DNA of 37,810 bases from an uncultured Bdellovibrionales bacterium (GTDB taxonomy: Bacteria > Bdellovibrionota > JAFGOL01), in the NCBI GenBank assembly GCA_964452945.1, contig CAYVOB010000002.1, forward strand, positions 1 through 37,810. The letters run 5' to 3'. Under the pieces are notes generated by a model, which saw only the letters and a list, made by a program, of their open reading frames with translations, made no database searches and was not told where the DNA came from. Both the position numbers and the translations under genes were made by a program. Positions 27,410 to 36,339 of this stretch are shown here, in pieces. How positions within the stretch are numbered: the first letter of the stretch is position 1; each line of letters starts with the position of its first letter.

Positions 27410-28336
27410 ATGAAAAACTACGCTATCGGCATAGATATCGGTGGAACCAACATCCCTGCATCCATTATTGACGAGAATGGGACGGTTATTCACACCATAG
27501 ACAAAAAGACCATGGCAGAAGGCGGTCCGGATGCTGTAATAAACAGGATCGTAGAGTCCATAACAGACCTTTTAAAATATTTCGACGGCAACATCAAAGA
27601 CGCGAAGATTATAGGTGTAGGACTTGGTGCTCCAGGAGCTCTTGACCACCAAAAAGGACTGGTCATAACAAGCCCAAATCTTCCTAAATGGAAAAATGTT
27701 CCTTTGGTGGAGAAAATAAAGCAACAAGTAAAAATGCCTATCTTCATAGATAACGACGCTAATTGTGCCGCTATCGGAGAACATTGGATAGGGGCGGCTA
27801 GTGGAACAAGGAACTCAATACTCATAACTCTGGGTACCGGTGTTGGTGGAGGTATCATAATAAACAACAAGATCTACAGGGGTTCTCATGGAACCGCTGG
27901 AGAACTTGGCCATATAACTATCATAGCAAATGGTAATAAATGTGCCTGTGGTAATTTTGGGTGTCTAGAGGCCTATGCCTCAGCTAGCGCTACCGCATTA
28001 AGAGGGAAAGAATTGCTAAAAAGATCTGATCTAACGGCATATGATATATATAAACAGGCAGAGCAAGGCGACGCTCTATCACGCGATATATTAATTGAAA
28101 GCGGAACTTATTTGGGGATAGGGATAGCCACGTTCGCAAATATATTCGATCCGGACATTATCATAATTGGCGGTGGATTTGCGGGAGCAGAAAAGTATTT
28201 AATACCCGCAGCTATCAAGGAAGCATATAAGCGTTCATTCAAATCAATAATGGATAATGTAAAGATCACCACAGCAAAGCTAGGCAATCATGCCGGAATT
28301 ATTGGAGCGGCAAAGTTGGCCTTTGAGCAAGAATAG
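27410..28336 (+). CDS. ROK-family sugar kinase (glucokinase-like)
   Basis: 308 aa with GIDIGGTNI (ATP-binding), DNDANCAAIGE and the ROK zinc motif CACGNFGCLEAYAS. Confidence 0.9.
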   Translation: MKNYAIGIDIGGTNIPASIIDENGTVIHTIDKKTMAEGGPDAVINRIVESITDLLKYFDGNIKDAKIIGVGLGAPGALDHQKGLVITSPNLPKWKNVPLVEKIKQQVKMPIFIDNDANCAAIGEHWIGAASGTRNSILITLGTGVGGGIIINNKIYRGSHGTAGELGHITIIANGNKCACGNFGCLEAYASASATALRGKELLKRSDLTAYDIYKQAEQGDALSRDILIESGTYLGIGIATFANIFDPDIIIIGGGFAGAEKYLIPAAIKEAYKRSFKSIMDNVKITTAKLGNHAGIIGAAKLAFEQE

Positions 28337-28338
28337 AA

Positions 28339-29235
28339 CTACCTTACCCATTTACCAAATCTTGATAATCTTATCCAAGACGGTGTAAATAGTTTTGACC
28401 AGTTTATTGATAACCAGATGAACATTGCTTTTCCTCTAACTTCGCTCCTTGAAGCAAAACCCCAAACCCTACTATCCTCGCTGTTATCTCTGTTGTCCCC
28501 CATAAAGAACAAAGAACCCTCAGGTACAACTACCTCTGTACTAAAAGTGTAATACAATCTATTCCTGTCTTTTAACTGTAGAGCATAGTGTTTTGTGCCT
28601 AGAAAATCCTCCATATACAGCCTGTAATTATCCGGATTATACTGGTCGTCATCTGCTACATCGTTCATGACAGGATAAAAATCAGCCTCTACCTTTTGAA
28701 TAAACACGTCATTAACGTAAAGTTTGTCATCCTCAACCCTGACCTTATCACCAGGGGTGCCGATCAACCTCTTTACATAGACCTTGCCATTGTTCAAAGG
28801 AGGAGAAAAGATCACAACATCACCCCTTTTTGGTTCTTTCCATCTCTTCACTTCACCTATAAAAGGTATTCTAAGACCGTAAGCAAGTTTGTTCACAAAT
28901 ATGTGATCACCTATCTTAAGTGTAGGTATCATACTTCCTGATGGGATCTTGTAAGGTTCGATCACGGAATATCTTAGAAGCAGTATAGCCAGAATAAGAA
29001 GGATAAAAGTTATAACCTTATAAGACAAAGATTGTTTACCTTTTGATAGTTGCTGTTCATAGGTCTTGGCCTTTATCTTGATCCCAAGATATTTAGACAG
29101 GAATGATCTGAATGGTTCATAGACCGCTTCTTTCCTTTGAAAGGATTTCTTATTCCTGTGGTGACCTATTATTGACAAAGTGACATCTATAATGAGCTCA
29201 TAAATTACTTTGATAGGCCAAAAAATAACTTCCAT
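28339..29235 (-). CDS. lepB: Signal peptidase I
   Basis: 298 aa with the catalytic Ser box PSGSMIPTL, the Lys box YVKRLIGTPGD and GDNRDNSEDSR. Confidence 0.9.
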   Translation of the reverse strand: MEVIFWPIKVIYELIIDVTLSIIGHHRNKKSFQRKEAVYEPFRSFLSKYLGIKIKAKTYEQQLSKGKQSLSYKVITFILLILAILLLRYSVIEPYKIPSGSMIPTLKIGDHIFVNKLAYGLRIPFIGEVKRWKEPKRGDVVIFSPPLNNGKVYVKRLIGTPGDKVRVEDDKLYVNDVFIQKVEADFYPVMNDVADDDQYNPDNYRLYMEDFLGTKHYALQLKDRNRLYYTFSTEVVVPEGSLFFMGDNRDNSEDSRVWGFASRSEVRGKAMFIWLSINWSKLFTPSWIRLSRFGKWVR

Positions 29236-29307
29236 TGTGTTTTACCTCTACTAAAACTATAATACAGTTCCAATGATCATAATTAGAACAAAAATCAGGA
29301 TAATCCA

Positions 29308-30126
29308 ATGCTTATTTTAATTTTATCCCTTATTTCAAGTTTAAGTGCACAAGACTTTGACAGACGTATATTCATGCCAAGAACACTCGCAATGTGTGGC
29401 GCTATGGAAGCTCGTATAAACGTCAACGAGTCGCTGTATTACAACCCGGCAAGTTCAGCCCACTCAAGGATTTTTTCTACAGACGCAGGTTTTACATGGC
29501 AACACAACAATCTTGTACCTGGACGAATAGATACTTATTATGTTAACGCAGTGGACACAGATAACGCTATGTTCGGCGGTGGCTTAGGCTACTACAAAAG
29601 TAACGTCGGCGGACTTGGCAGTGAATGGGATCTTAGAGGTATCTTCAATAAGACCCTACTGGAAAGCCGCATGGGGTTGGGAATAGGCGTTCATTATACA
29701 AAGTTCAACCATGGCCAAAACAGGACCAGCAATATGAATGTTGATTTTGGTTTTATATTCTTATTAACAAAAAAGACACTGCTCGGGGGAACTGGATATA
29801 ACCTAATTGGTGATACCAACGGTTTTAATACCAGGTCCATTGATCTTGGGATTAGACACACTATGTGGGACTTTTTTTCCGCTACCTTTGACTTTGAACA
29901 TCGATTTAGTAAAAAGACCACCTTTACAGGAGCGCTGGAGCTTCTTTACAAGAACGGGATAATGATAACCTTGAGTGGTCAAAAGAACATGTATTTGAAT
30001 AACATCTATTGGGGTATGGGCTTAGGTTATGTAGGACCAAAATTGAGTGTTATATATGGAACCATGAACGCAGCAACAGGCCCGTACAGTTTTGCTCACT
30101 CATTTTCCCTTAGGGTGTTCTTTTGA
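29308..30126 (+). CDS. Outer-membrane beta-barrel protein (272 aa)
   Basis: It has a signal peptide MLILILSLISSLSA|QD. The N-terminal motif RTLAMCGAMEARINVNESLYYNPAS resembles the AMGGA...NPA signature of PorV/FadL-like barrels. It ends C-terminally in ..LRVFF. Confidence 0.6.
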   Translation: MLILILSLISSLSAQDFDRRIFMPRTLAMCGAMEARINVNESLYYNPASSAHSRIFSTDAGFTWQHNNLVPGRIDTYYVNAVDTDNAMFGGGLGYYKSNVGGLGSEWDLRGIFNKTLLESRMGLGIGVHYTKFNHGQNRTSNMNVDFGFIFLLTKKTLLGGTGYNLIGDTNGFNTRSIDLGIRHTMWDFFSATFDFEHRFSKKTTFTGALELLYKNGIMITLSGQKNMYLNNIYWGMGLGYVGPKLSVIYGTMNAATGPYSFAHSFSLRVFF

Positions 30127-30882
30127 GTCTAGATATTTTATAAAACTACCAAAGATCTTATCGCTCTTATAAGTACTGCCAAGTTTCCTGTTATTCAAAA
30201 GTACAACCGGTGTTCCTGGTATCTTCAACCCCTTGTGAACCAACTGCTCTGCGATCAATTTTTCATCTATAAATTTTGAATTCATACAAGTGTAAAGATC
30301 CTTTATATTGAGTTTTTTACCCATATCATTTGCGAATTTTTTAGTATCTAATGGATAAGTTCTACCATCATTCTGATGTTCATAAAGATAATCTATGCCT
30401 TTCCAAACCTTACCATTTTTTTCTGCACACAGTGCAAGTCTTGCAGATACACAGGAATAGTTACTGAGCTTACCGTTGACCGCTTTATTGCAAGCTTTAT
30501 CCAAGGGATAGAACACATATGTTAGGTTAACAAGGCCCTTGTTCTCATCAACCCTGGACTTAAGTTCCTTTGACGACGACTTACAATGTCCGCATGCAAA
30601 ATCAGCAAACACCACCAATTTATTCCTTGCGGTCTTATTGCCATAAACACGATCCTTCACTGGCTCCAAGTTAGGGGCCATCGTTTCCCTTTTTATGTAT
30701 TGGGCATAGATAACATCCGGCTGACTGTTGGTAATGGCTTTGCCTGCCAGTCTTAACACCTCTTGTCTTTTTGCCTCTGCTTCCTTGAGCATTCTGGTAT
30801 CGATTTTTTTGACTTCTTTAGGTTGTTCAGCAAAACAGGAAAGAGACAAAACCATCATGATATAAAGTAGTTGTATTCTCAT
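30100..30882 (-). CDS. DsbA-family thiol:disulfide oxidoreductase (periplasmic)
   Basis: It has a signal peptide, the thioredoxin-fold active site FADFACGHCK, and SD GGGAG upstream. Confidence 0.8.
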   Translation of the reverse strand: MRIQLLYIMMVLSLSCFAEQPKEVKKIDTRMLKEAEAKRQEVLRLAGKAITNSQPDVIYAQYIKRETMAPNLEPVKDRVYGNKTARNKLVVFADFACGHCKSSSKELKSRVDENKGLVNLTYVFYPLDKACNKAVNGKLSNYSCVSARLALCAEKNGKVWKGIDYLYEHQNDGRTYPLDTKKFANDMGKKLNIKDLYTCMNSKFIDEKLIAEQLVHKGLKIPGTPVVLLNNRKLGSTYKSDKIFGSFIKYLDSKEHPKGK

Positions 30883-30902
30883 CTTGTACTCCCTATTACC
30901 GA

Positions 30903-30931
30903 TTTACAAAAGATATACTATGAGTTATGAA
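30903..30931 (+). promoter_or_regulatory. Putative promoter of the lipoprotein gene
   Basis: TTTACA (30903-30908), a 17-nt spacer, then TATGAA (30926-30931). The upstream ATG at 30927 used by the ORF track lies inside this -10. Confidence 0.35.
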
Positions 30932-30974
30932 TATGCGTAATAAAAATTTGCTAAAAAACACTGGAGGTAAATGC

Positions 30975-31655
30975 ATGAAAAAGGTACTTTTTGGGATTCT
31001 CGGTTTTGGAATGATCGTAAGCTTGGCAGTAGTAATGTCTTGTGGTGGCGGAAGTAGTGGCGGCGGAGCTGCTAATGCCGGTTCAGCAGCTGTAGCAACA
31101 TCTGTTGCAACAATGTTTGCGTCTGGTGGAAGCCCTGTGTCTTTGGACGAAGTTCGTGTTTCTGAATCTGTTAATCAGCCAATCGATCTAACAGTTACTT
31201 GTCCTGCAGGTGGAACAGCTACTTTAACTGGAAGTATCGACATCAATGCTGACGAATCTAGCGTTTCATATAGTGGCTCTATAGACGAAGTCTTGGCTGA
31301 CTGCACAGTAACTGATGCAGAACCACCAACAAGTTGTGGTTTTGGCGATGTAGTTGGTAACGGCACTATGACAGTTACAGTAAACGGTTCGGGCACTGAA
31401 ACATCATTCACACTCTCTGAAACAGTTGTGGGAACAGGTTTGACATTTACTTATAACGGCAACACTCTTACTTGTGACATCGACCTTGCACTGAATATTG
31501 ATAGCTCAACAACATGGGATGAAACGAACATAATGGACGCTATGAGCGGATCTATCTGCGGTTCAGATTGGACAGAGATAAGAACAGCTCTTGCAGATCC
31601 AGATGCAATGGCAGCTCTTTGTGCAGCATATGATGCAGCAGCAACTGAGCTATAA
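30975..31655 (+). CDS. Cys-rich acidic lipoprotein of unknown function
   Basis: The ATG at 30975 has SD GGAGG 7 nt upstream. The signal peptide MKKVLFGILGFGMIVSLAVVMS|C carries a lipobox, followed by a Gly/Ser linker. There are six further Cys. Ile codons are biased to ATC, unlike the neighbouring genes, and a strong terminator follows. Confidence 0.75.
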   Translation: MKKVLFGILGFGMIVSLAVVMSCGGGSSGGGAANAGSAAVATSVATMFASGGSPVSLDEVRVSESVNQPIDLTVTCPAGGTATLTGSIDINADESSVSYSGSIDEVLADCTVTDAEPPTSCGFGDVVGNGTMTVTVNGSGTETSFTLSETVVGTGLTFTYNGNTLTCDIDLALNIDSSTTWDETNIMDAMSGSICGSDWTEIRTALADPDAMAALCAAYDAAATEL

Positions 31656-31672
31656 TTTTTGTTGAAATAACA

Positions 31673-31707
31673 AAAAGCCGCCCTGGTTTTCCAGGGCGGC
31701 TTTTTTA
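31673..31707. terminator. Bidirectional rho-independent terminator between the lipoprotein gene and tadA
   Basis: AAAAA-GCCGCCCTGG-TTTT-CCAGGGCGGC-TTTTTT forms a perfect 10-bp GC-rich stem flanked by an A tract and a T tract. Confidence 0.85.
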
Positions 31708-31721
31708 TTATCGCTATTCAA

Positions 31722-32201
31722 CTATTTCCTAATCTTCTTAAAAAAAGAGCTTAAAATATTAGAGCATTCCTTTGCAAGTACTCCGCCAGTAACAAGTGGT
31801 TTGTGATGCAGCTTTTTATTATCAAAGACTTTAAAGATGGAGGCAACAGCACCCATCTTTGGTTCCGCACAGCCATAAACAACTCGTTTTATCCTTGAAT
31901 GTATTATCGCACCAGCACACATTATGCATGGTTCTGTTGTAACATAAAGGGTCATGCCCTCAAGACGCCAGTCCTTATTTTTTTTCACTGCTCTTTCTAT
32001 GGCTTCTATTTCTGCGTGGGCAATAGCACTGTTGTTTTTTATCCTTTTATTTCGTCCGGTGGCAAAGACATTATCATTGAATTCGATGATGGCACCGACT
32101 GGAACTTCGCCTTCACAAGAAGCCTTAATAGCCTCTTTTATGGCAAGCCTCATGAATTTTTCGTCGTTTACCGGACTATCAGGCAAAGTGTTTTTTCCCA
32201 T
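31722..32201 (-). CDS. tadA: tRNA-specific adenosine deaminase
   Basis: It has the CDA zinc motifs HAEIEAI and PCIMCAGAI. The start is uncertain: the track uses TTG 32219, and I prefer ATG 32201. Either start lies inside the 3' end of the upstream gamma-subunit gene. Confidence 0.85.
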   Translation of the reverse strand: MGKNTLPDSPVNDEKFMRLAIKEAIKASCEGEVPVGAIIEFNDNVFATGRNKRIKNNSAIAHAEIEAIERAVKKNKDWRLEGMTLYVTTEPCIMCAGAIIHSRIKRVVYGCAEPKMGAVASIFKVFDNKKLHHKPLVTGGVLAKECSNILSSFFKKIRK

Positions 32202-32721
32202 AGGTAAAACCAAGTTCAAAAGCCTTGAGGTTCTTATCTATAGTATGTTCAGGCACTAAAGAGGAGATGGCTTTTTTGGAACTATCCTCTTTTATTAAAT
32301 TGGTCACTGCGGTAAAAAAGCCTACCATTACGATATTTGAAAAGATATTTTTGCCAAGATCCTCTTCCGCTATCCTGGTAGAAGGTATACCAAGGCATTT
32401 AACACCCTTTGAAAGGCCCTCGGGTTTTACAAGTTCGCTTTCATATACAACGATACCATTAGATCTTAATTCTGGAGAGAATACCCTAAATGCTTCCTGG
32501 GACATAGAGACAAGTATGTCGGATCCCACCAAATACGGATAAAGGATCTTTTCATCACTTATGATAACCTGTGCGCTGCAAGAAGAGCCTCTGGCTTCTG
32601 GTCCGAACGCCTGTGCAAGACTCGAGAATTTGTCCTCATAAAGTGCGGCAGCTTTGCCAATTACCATTGCAGAAAGTATAACACCTTGGCCGCCGTATCC
32701 AGATATTCTTACTTCAGTCAT
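32179..32721 (-). CDS. korG: 2-oxoacid:ferredoxin oxidoreductase gamma subunit
   Basis: 180 aa with N-terminus RISGYGGQGVILS, typical of OFOR gamma. The gene order delta-alpha-beta-gamma matches Kor/Oor (2-oxoglutarate) enzymes, but substrate is not proven. Confidence 0.8.
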   Translation of the reverse strand: MTEVRISGYGGQGVILSAMVIGKAAALYEDKFSSLAQAFGPEARGSSCSAQVIISDEKILYPYLVGSDILVSMSQEAFRVFSPELRSNGIVVYESELVKPEGLSKGVKCLGIPSTRIAEEDLGKNIFSNIVMVGFFTAVTNLIKEDSSKKAISSLVPEHTIDKNLKAFELGFTYGKKHFA

Positions 32722-33616
32722 TCTGATACTCCTCTTCTACATTATAACTTTTTCTGACACCATTATAGGTTGTATAATCAGTACTACACTTGAATGTCTC
32801 GTCGTAATAACTGTTCATTGCATCAAGATAGGTCTGCTTACCTTCTATATCAACAAACTTGCCTACAATAAAAGGCTTATTAAGCTCTATCACTGTCTTC
32901 TTAGTGTCTGCACCATTCTCGAGCACTGAATTGTCTTTGTAGAATTTTAACCTTGTTAACCCTGTTCCCATCTTATTCCTTCTCTCGAACAAGGTCGGAC
33001 AAGGCGATATTATTTCAATAAAAGAAAAGCCTTTTTTCTTTAAAGCCTCACCCATAGCTTTTTGCATCTCTCTTACATGATATACGGTCCATCTAGCCAC
33101 ATAAACAGCTCCCGTAGCCTCCGCAATATAAGGAAGATTGAACGGTTCACAAAAAGAGCCATATGGCGCTGTGGCCGTTATGGATTTTGTGGGTGTGGTC
33201 GCAGATACTTGTCCGCCAGTCATAGCGTAATTAAGATTGTTAACGCATATTACGGTAAGGTCCATGTTCTTTCTGCCGGCATGTATAAAATGATTTCCGC
33301 CTATGGACATAAGATCACCATCACCGCTAAACACAACCACCTTCGTATTTGGTGATGCTGCTTTTAAGCCCTCGGCAAAAGGTATAGCTCTGCCGTGCGT
33401 AGTATGGAAAGAATCAAGGTTAACATAGCCAGCCGTTCTTCCGGTACATCCGATACCTGAAACAACAGCGACATTGTTCTTTTCCAAACCACTTTTTTCC
33501 AGAGCATTAACAAAGGCATTAAGGGCTGTTCCTATCCCGCAGCCGGGACACCACATATGAGGCATCCTGTCCTCTCTGAACCATTTGCTTAAAGGATGTT
33601 TTATATTATTTTCCAC
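32714..33616 (-). CDS. korB: 2-oxoacid:ferredoxin oxidoreductase beta subunit (TPP-binding)
   Basis: It has WCPGCGIG, the TPP motif SGDGDLMSIGGNH and the Cys ligand ISPCPT. I prefer GTG 33616 (SD AAGGGG 8 nt upstream) over GTG 33625. Confidence 0.85.
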   Translation of the reverse strand: MENNIKHPLSKWFREDRMPHMWCPGCGIGTALNAFVNALEKSGLEKNNVAVVSGIGCTGRTAGYVNLDSFHTTHGRAIPFAEGLKAASPNTKVVVFSGDGDLMSIGGNHFIHAGRKNMDLTVICVNNLNYAMTGGQVSATTPTKSITATAPYGSFCEPFNLPYIAEATGAVYVARWTVYHVREMQKAMGEALKKKGFSFIEIISPCPTLFERRNKMGTGLTRLKFYKDNSVLENGADTKKTVIELNKPFIVGKFVDIEGKQTYLDAMNSYYDETFKCSTDYTTYNGVRKSYNVEEEYQND

Positions 33617-34772
33617 TGTTAGCACCCCTTCTTATAGCTTCTAAGATAACTTCTGGTTTATGCACACCGCCACCTAAATGAGGAACCGAGATAACCTTGC
33701 AATTACCTTGTGAAGCACGTTCAACTTCCCTTACTATCTGACCAGCATTTATTTCCGGAACAACTATGGTTTTAACTTTCTTCGAAAGTTCTAGCACGTA
33801 TTCATCAGCAAAAGGCCACACGGTCTTTAGCCTAGCTTTTCCAACCTTAAGGCCTTCGTTTCTGGCATCTATTATCGCTTTTTCTGCCACCCTTGATGTT
33901 ATACCATAGGACACAACTACAACATCAGCATCATTTAGATATTCTTCCTCGATCATTATGATCTCTTTCTTGTATTTTCTTATTTTGTCTAAAAGTCTTG
34001 TAACAAGTTTTCTTTGTGATTCCTCATTCATGGCAGGATAACCTTTTTCGTCGTGAGTAAGACCTGTTATATGGAAATTATATCCTTTTCCTATTTCCGC
34101 CATTTCAGGGATCATGTCTTTTACAGGCTCATAAGCCTTGTAATCTTTTGGATCTTTCTTTGTATACATCCTTGGGAATATATTGATATCCTCAGGTTTT
34201 GGTATCACCACTTTCTCTGTCATGTGACCTATACACTCATCCATCAGGAATATAACAGGTGTTCTGAACCTTTCTGCAAGATTGAATGCCGTTATCATAA
34301 GTTCAAAACATTCCTGGGCGCTATTAGGTGTAAGAGCTATCATTTCATAATCACCATGGCTTCCCCAACGTGCCTGCATCATATCAGATTGGGCAGGTAG
34401 CGTTGGAAGTCCAGTTGATGGACCACCTCTTTGAACGTTAACAAAAACGCAAGGCGTTTCTGTCATAACAGCAAGACCTATATGCTCCATCATAAGAGAA
34501 AAACCTGGGCCAGAAGTAACGGTCATTGCCTTTGCTCCGCCCCATACCGCTCCTTGAAGCGCTATGGAAGAAGCTATTTCATCTTCCATCTGCATAAAGA
34601 TACCTCCTACACAAGGTATCCTGGAAGCATAGCGTTCCACAACCTCTGTTGAAGGAGTTATTGGATAACCAGATATATATCTGCAACCTGCAGCTAAAGC
34701 ACCCTCACATGCAGCATGGTCACCATCGAGATAATGGATCCCCGTTAAAACTCCGCGTGGATTAGCTTTCAT
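33606..34772 (-). CDS. korA: 2-oxoacid:ferredoxin oxidoreductase alpha subunit
   Basis: 388 aa with GDHAACEGALAAGCRYISGYPITPSTE and the typical OFOR alpha domains I and II. Confidence 0.85.
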   Translation of the reverse strand: MKANPRGVLTGIHYLDGDHAACEGALAAGCRYISGYPITPSTEVVERYASRIPCVGGIFMQMEDEIASSIALQGAVWGGAKAMTVTSGPGFSLMMEHIGLAVMTETPCVFVNVQRGGPSTGLPTLPAQSDMMQARWGSHGDYEMIALTPNSAQECFELMITAFNLAERFRTPVIFLMDECIGHMTEKVVIPKPEDINIFPRMYTKKDPKDYKAYEPVKDMIPEMAEIGKGYNFHITGLTHDEKGYPAMNEESQRKLVTRLLDKIRKYKKEIIMIEEEYLNDADVVVVSYGITSRVAEKAIIDARNEGLKVGKARLKTVWPFADEYVLELSKKVKTIVVPEINAGQIVREVERASQGNCKVISVPHLGGGVHKPEVILEAIRRGANSGK

Positions 34773-35035
34773 TTCTTCACCTCTTCATTATCGGTGTTTT
34801 TTTCGCCCCAGATCGCAAAATCAGGACAATAAAAACCACAAAGATTGCATCCTATACATTTTTCTGAATGGGTTGCCACAGGAAAGTGGTATCCTTTCAT
34901 ATTATAATCTTTTGAGAACTCCAATACCTTGCAAGGGCAAAATTCTATGCAAAAACCGCAGCCTTTACATCTTTCAACCTTAAAGTTAACCTTACCCTTG
35001 GCTTTTACATTAGTACCTTTTTGGTCAGAATTCAT
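34769..35035 (-). CDS. korD: 2-oxoacid:ferredoxin oxidoreductase delta subunit (2x[4Fe-4S] ferredoxin)
   Basis: 88 aa with two CxxCxxCxxxCP motifs (CKGCGFCIEFCP, CIGCNLCGFYCP). Confidence 0.85.
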   Translation of the reverse strand: MNSDQKGTNVKAKGKVNFKVERCKGCGFCIEFCPCKVLEFSKDYNMKGYHFPVATHSEKCIGCNLCGFYCPDFAIWGEKNTDNEEVKK

Positions 35036-35108
35036 ATCAACATCCTTTTATTTTTTTGTATGATTTAAGTATCGTATTTTACGTTTTAATGCAATAATCT
35101 TTTACATT

Positions 35109-35642
35109 ATGATAATGACGTTATTGTTCAGTGTGTTAGTCAGTGTGGCTTATCCCCAACAAATACAAACTGTTCCCAAAACCTGCAAGGACCTTTTGCC
35201 CAACATGTTAGAGTACATCTATTTTTTCGAACAGGTAGGGGACCTCTGGACGGTAAAGGATCCTAACAATGCAAAAAAGGTCTATGATGTATTGGCCATA
35301 AGAAAAATTTATCAAGAAACATCTAAAAATTATATAAATCCCATCGATAACAAAATAAAGGATACGATCTGTGATTGTTATACCAAAAACAACTCTGAGC
35401 CATTCCGGGCAGATTCAAAGGTCATAAGGGACTGCCTTAGTAAAACCAACCCAGAACTCATCAAAAATTCAAAAAAGGAATATATAACGCTGAGAAATAA
35501 CATTAAAAAAGATGAGGACCTAATGAAGTTAACAAATCAACAGCGAGAGAGAATAGAAAAACTAAAATATAATTCACTTTTGAAAATGGAAAAGGAACTG
35601 ACAAAAGGAAATATAAAGACCAGAGAACTCACCGAAGATTAA
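35109..35642 (+). CDS. Hypothetical protein (177 aa), possibly secreted
   Basis: It has a short hydrophobic N-terminus MIMTLLFSVLVSVAYPQQ, four Cys and a Lys/Glu-rich helical C-terminus. It has no SD and no family motif. Confidence 0.55.
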   Translation: MIMTLLFSVLVSVAYPQQIQTVPKTCKDLLPNMLEYIYFFEQVGDLWTVKDPNNAKKVYDVLAIRKIYQETSKNYINPIDNKIKDTICDCYTKNNSEPFRADSKVIRDCLSKTNPELIKNSKKEYITLRNNIKKDEDLMKLTNQQRERIEKLKYNSLLKMEKELTKGNIKTRELTED

Positions 35643-36339
35643 ATAAGATCCTTTTATTGTCTTCATTATATATAGAATTAAAATCGCCAAATCTAAAAAC
35701 AGAGCCATTCTTTATCATCAGTGTTTTATTTGGTAGGTCACCAAAAAATTCAGGTTCATGTGTTGATATTAATACGATAGAATCGGGATTATTGTTCATA
35801 TAGCGATATACTTGCTCTTTTATAAGCTCCTTAAAACCTATATCCAAAGAGTTCGTAGGCTCATCAAGCAACAGTACTTTTGGCGACTGGATAAATACTT
35901 TTGCAAGCATTACTCTCTGCAGTTCTCCCTGGCTTAAAGATAAAAGGTCCCTGTTCATATATTTATAAATATCCACTTCCTTAGCGACCTCATCAACTTT
36001 AATCCAATCTTCATGGCTGTAATAGGACAAAATATTGGTGTACGGCAATCTCCCTGTTATCAAAAAATCTTTGATACTGAACTCTGGTATATAAACGGTC
36101 TGAGGAAGATAAGCGAACATTTTTGCACGAGATTTAAAGTCTAAAGAATTGATATCAATTCCACCCAATTTTATTTGACCGTTATAGGATAAAAGCCCAG
36201 CTAATGACTTTAGCAAAGTGGTTTTACCACCGCCATTAGGACCGACTATAAGGCAAAGTTTGGTGCCCGTTATATCAAGATGTTCAACTGAAAGTTCGAA
36301 CATCCCTCGTCTGGTTTTTAGCTTTTCTATACTAAGCAT
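35629..36339 (-). CDS. ABC transporter ATP-binding protein (iron-chelate/cobalamin FecE/BtuD type)
   Basis: Walker A GPNGGGKTTLL, signature LSQGELQRV and Walker B LLLDEPT. Its start abuts the stop of the FecCD permease gene. Confidence 0.9.
   Translation of the reverse strand: MLSIEKLKTRRGMFELSVEHLDITGTKLCLIVGPNGGGKTTLLKSLAGLLSYNGQIKLGGIDINSLDFKSRAKMFAYLPQTVYIPEFSIKDFLITGRLPYTNILSYYSHEDWIKVDEVAKEVDIYKYMNRDLLSLSQGELQRVMLAKVFIQSPKVLLLDEPTNSLDIGFKELIKEQVYRYMNNNPDSIVLISTHEPEFFGDLPNKTLMIKNGSVFRFGDFNSIYNEDNKRILFNLR

Noticed and set aside
30975-31655. Locally higher GC and different codon choice in the lipoprotein gene, considered as evidence of horizontal transfer.
   Set aside because: The shift is explained by the Gly/Ala/Ser/Thr-rich amino-acid composition and by expression-type codon bias. 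No flanking mobility genes, direct repeats or tRNA are present.
31722-35035. Linkage and overlap of tadA with the korDABG-type oxidoreductase operon, considered as a functional association.
   Set aside because: It is most simply explained by the extreme gene packing seen throughout the window, where 4-8-nt overlaps are the norm. No biochemical link is known, and the tadA start is ambiguous.
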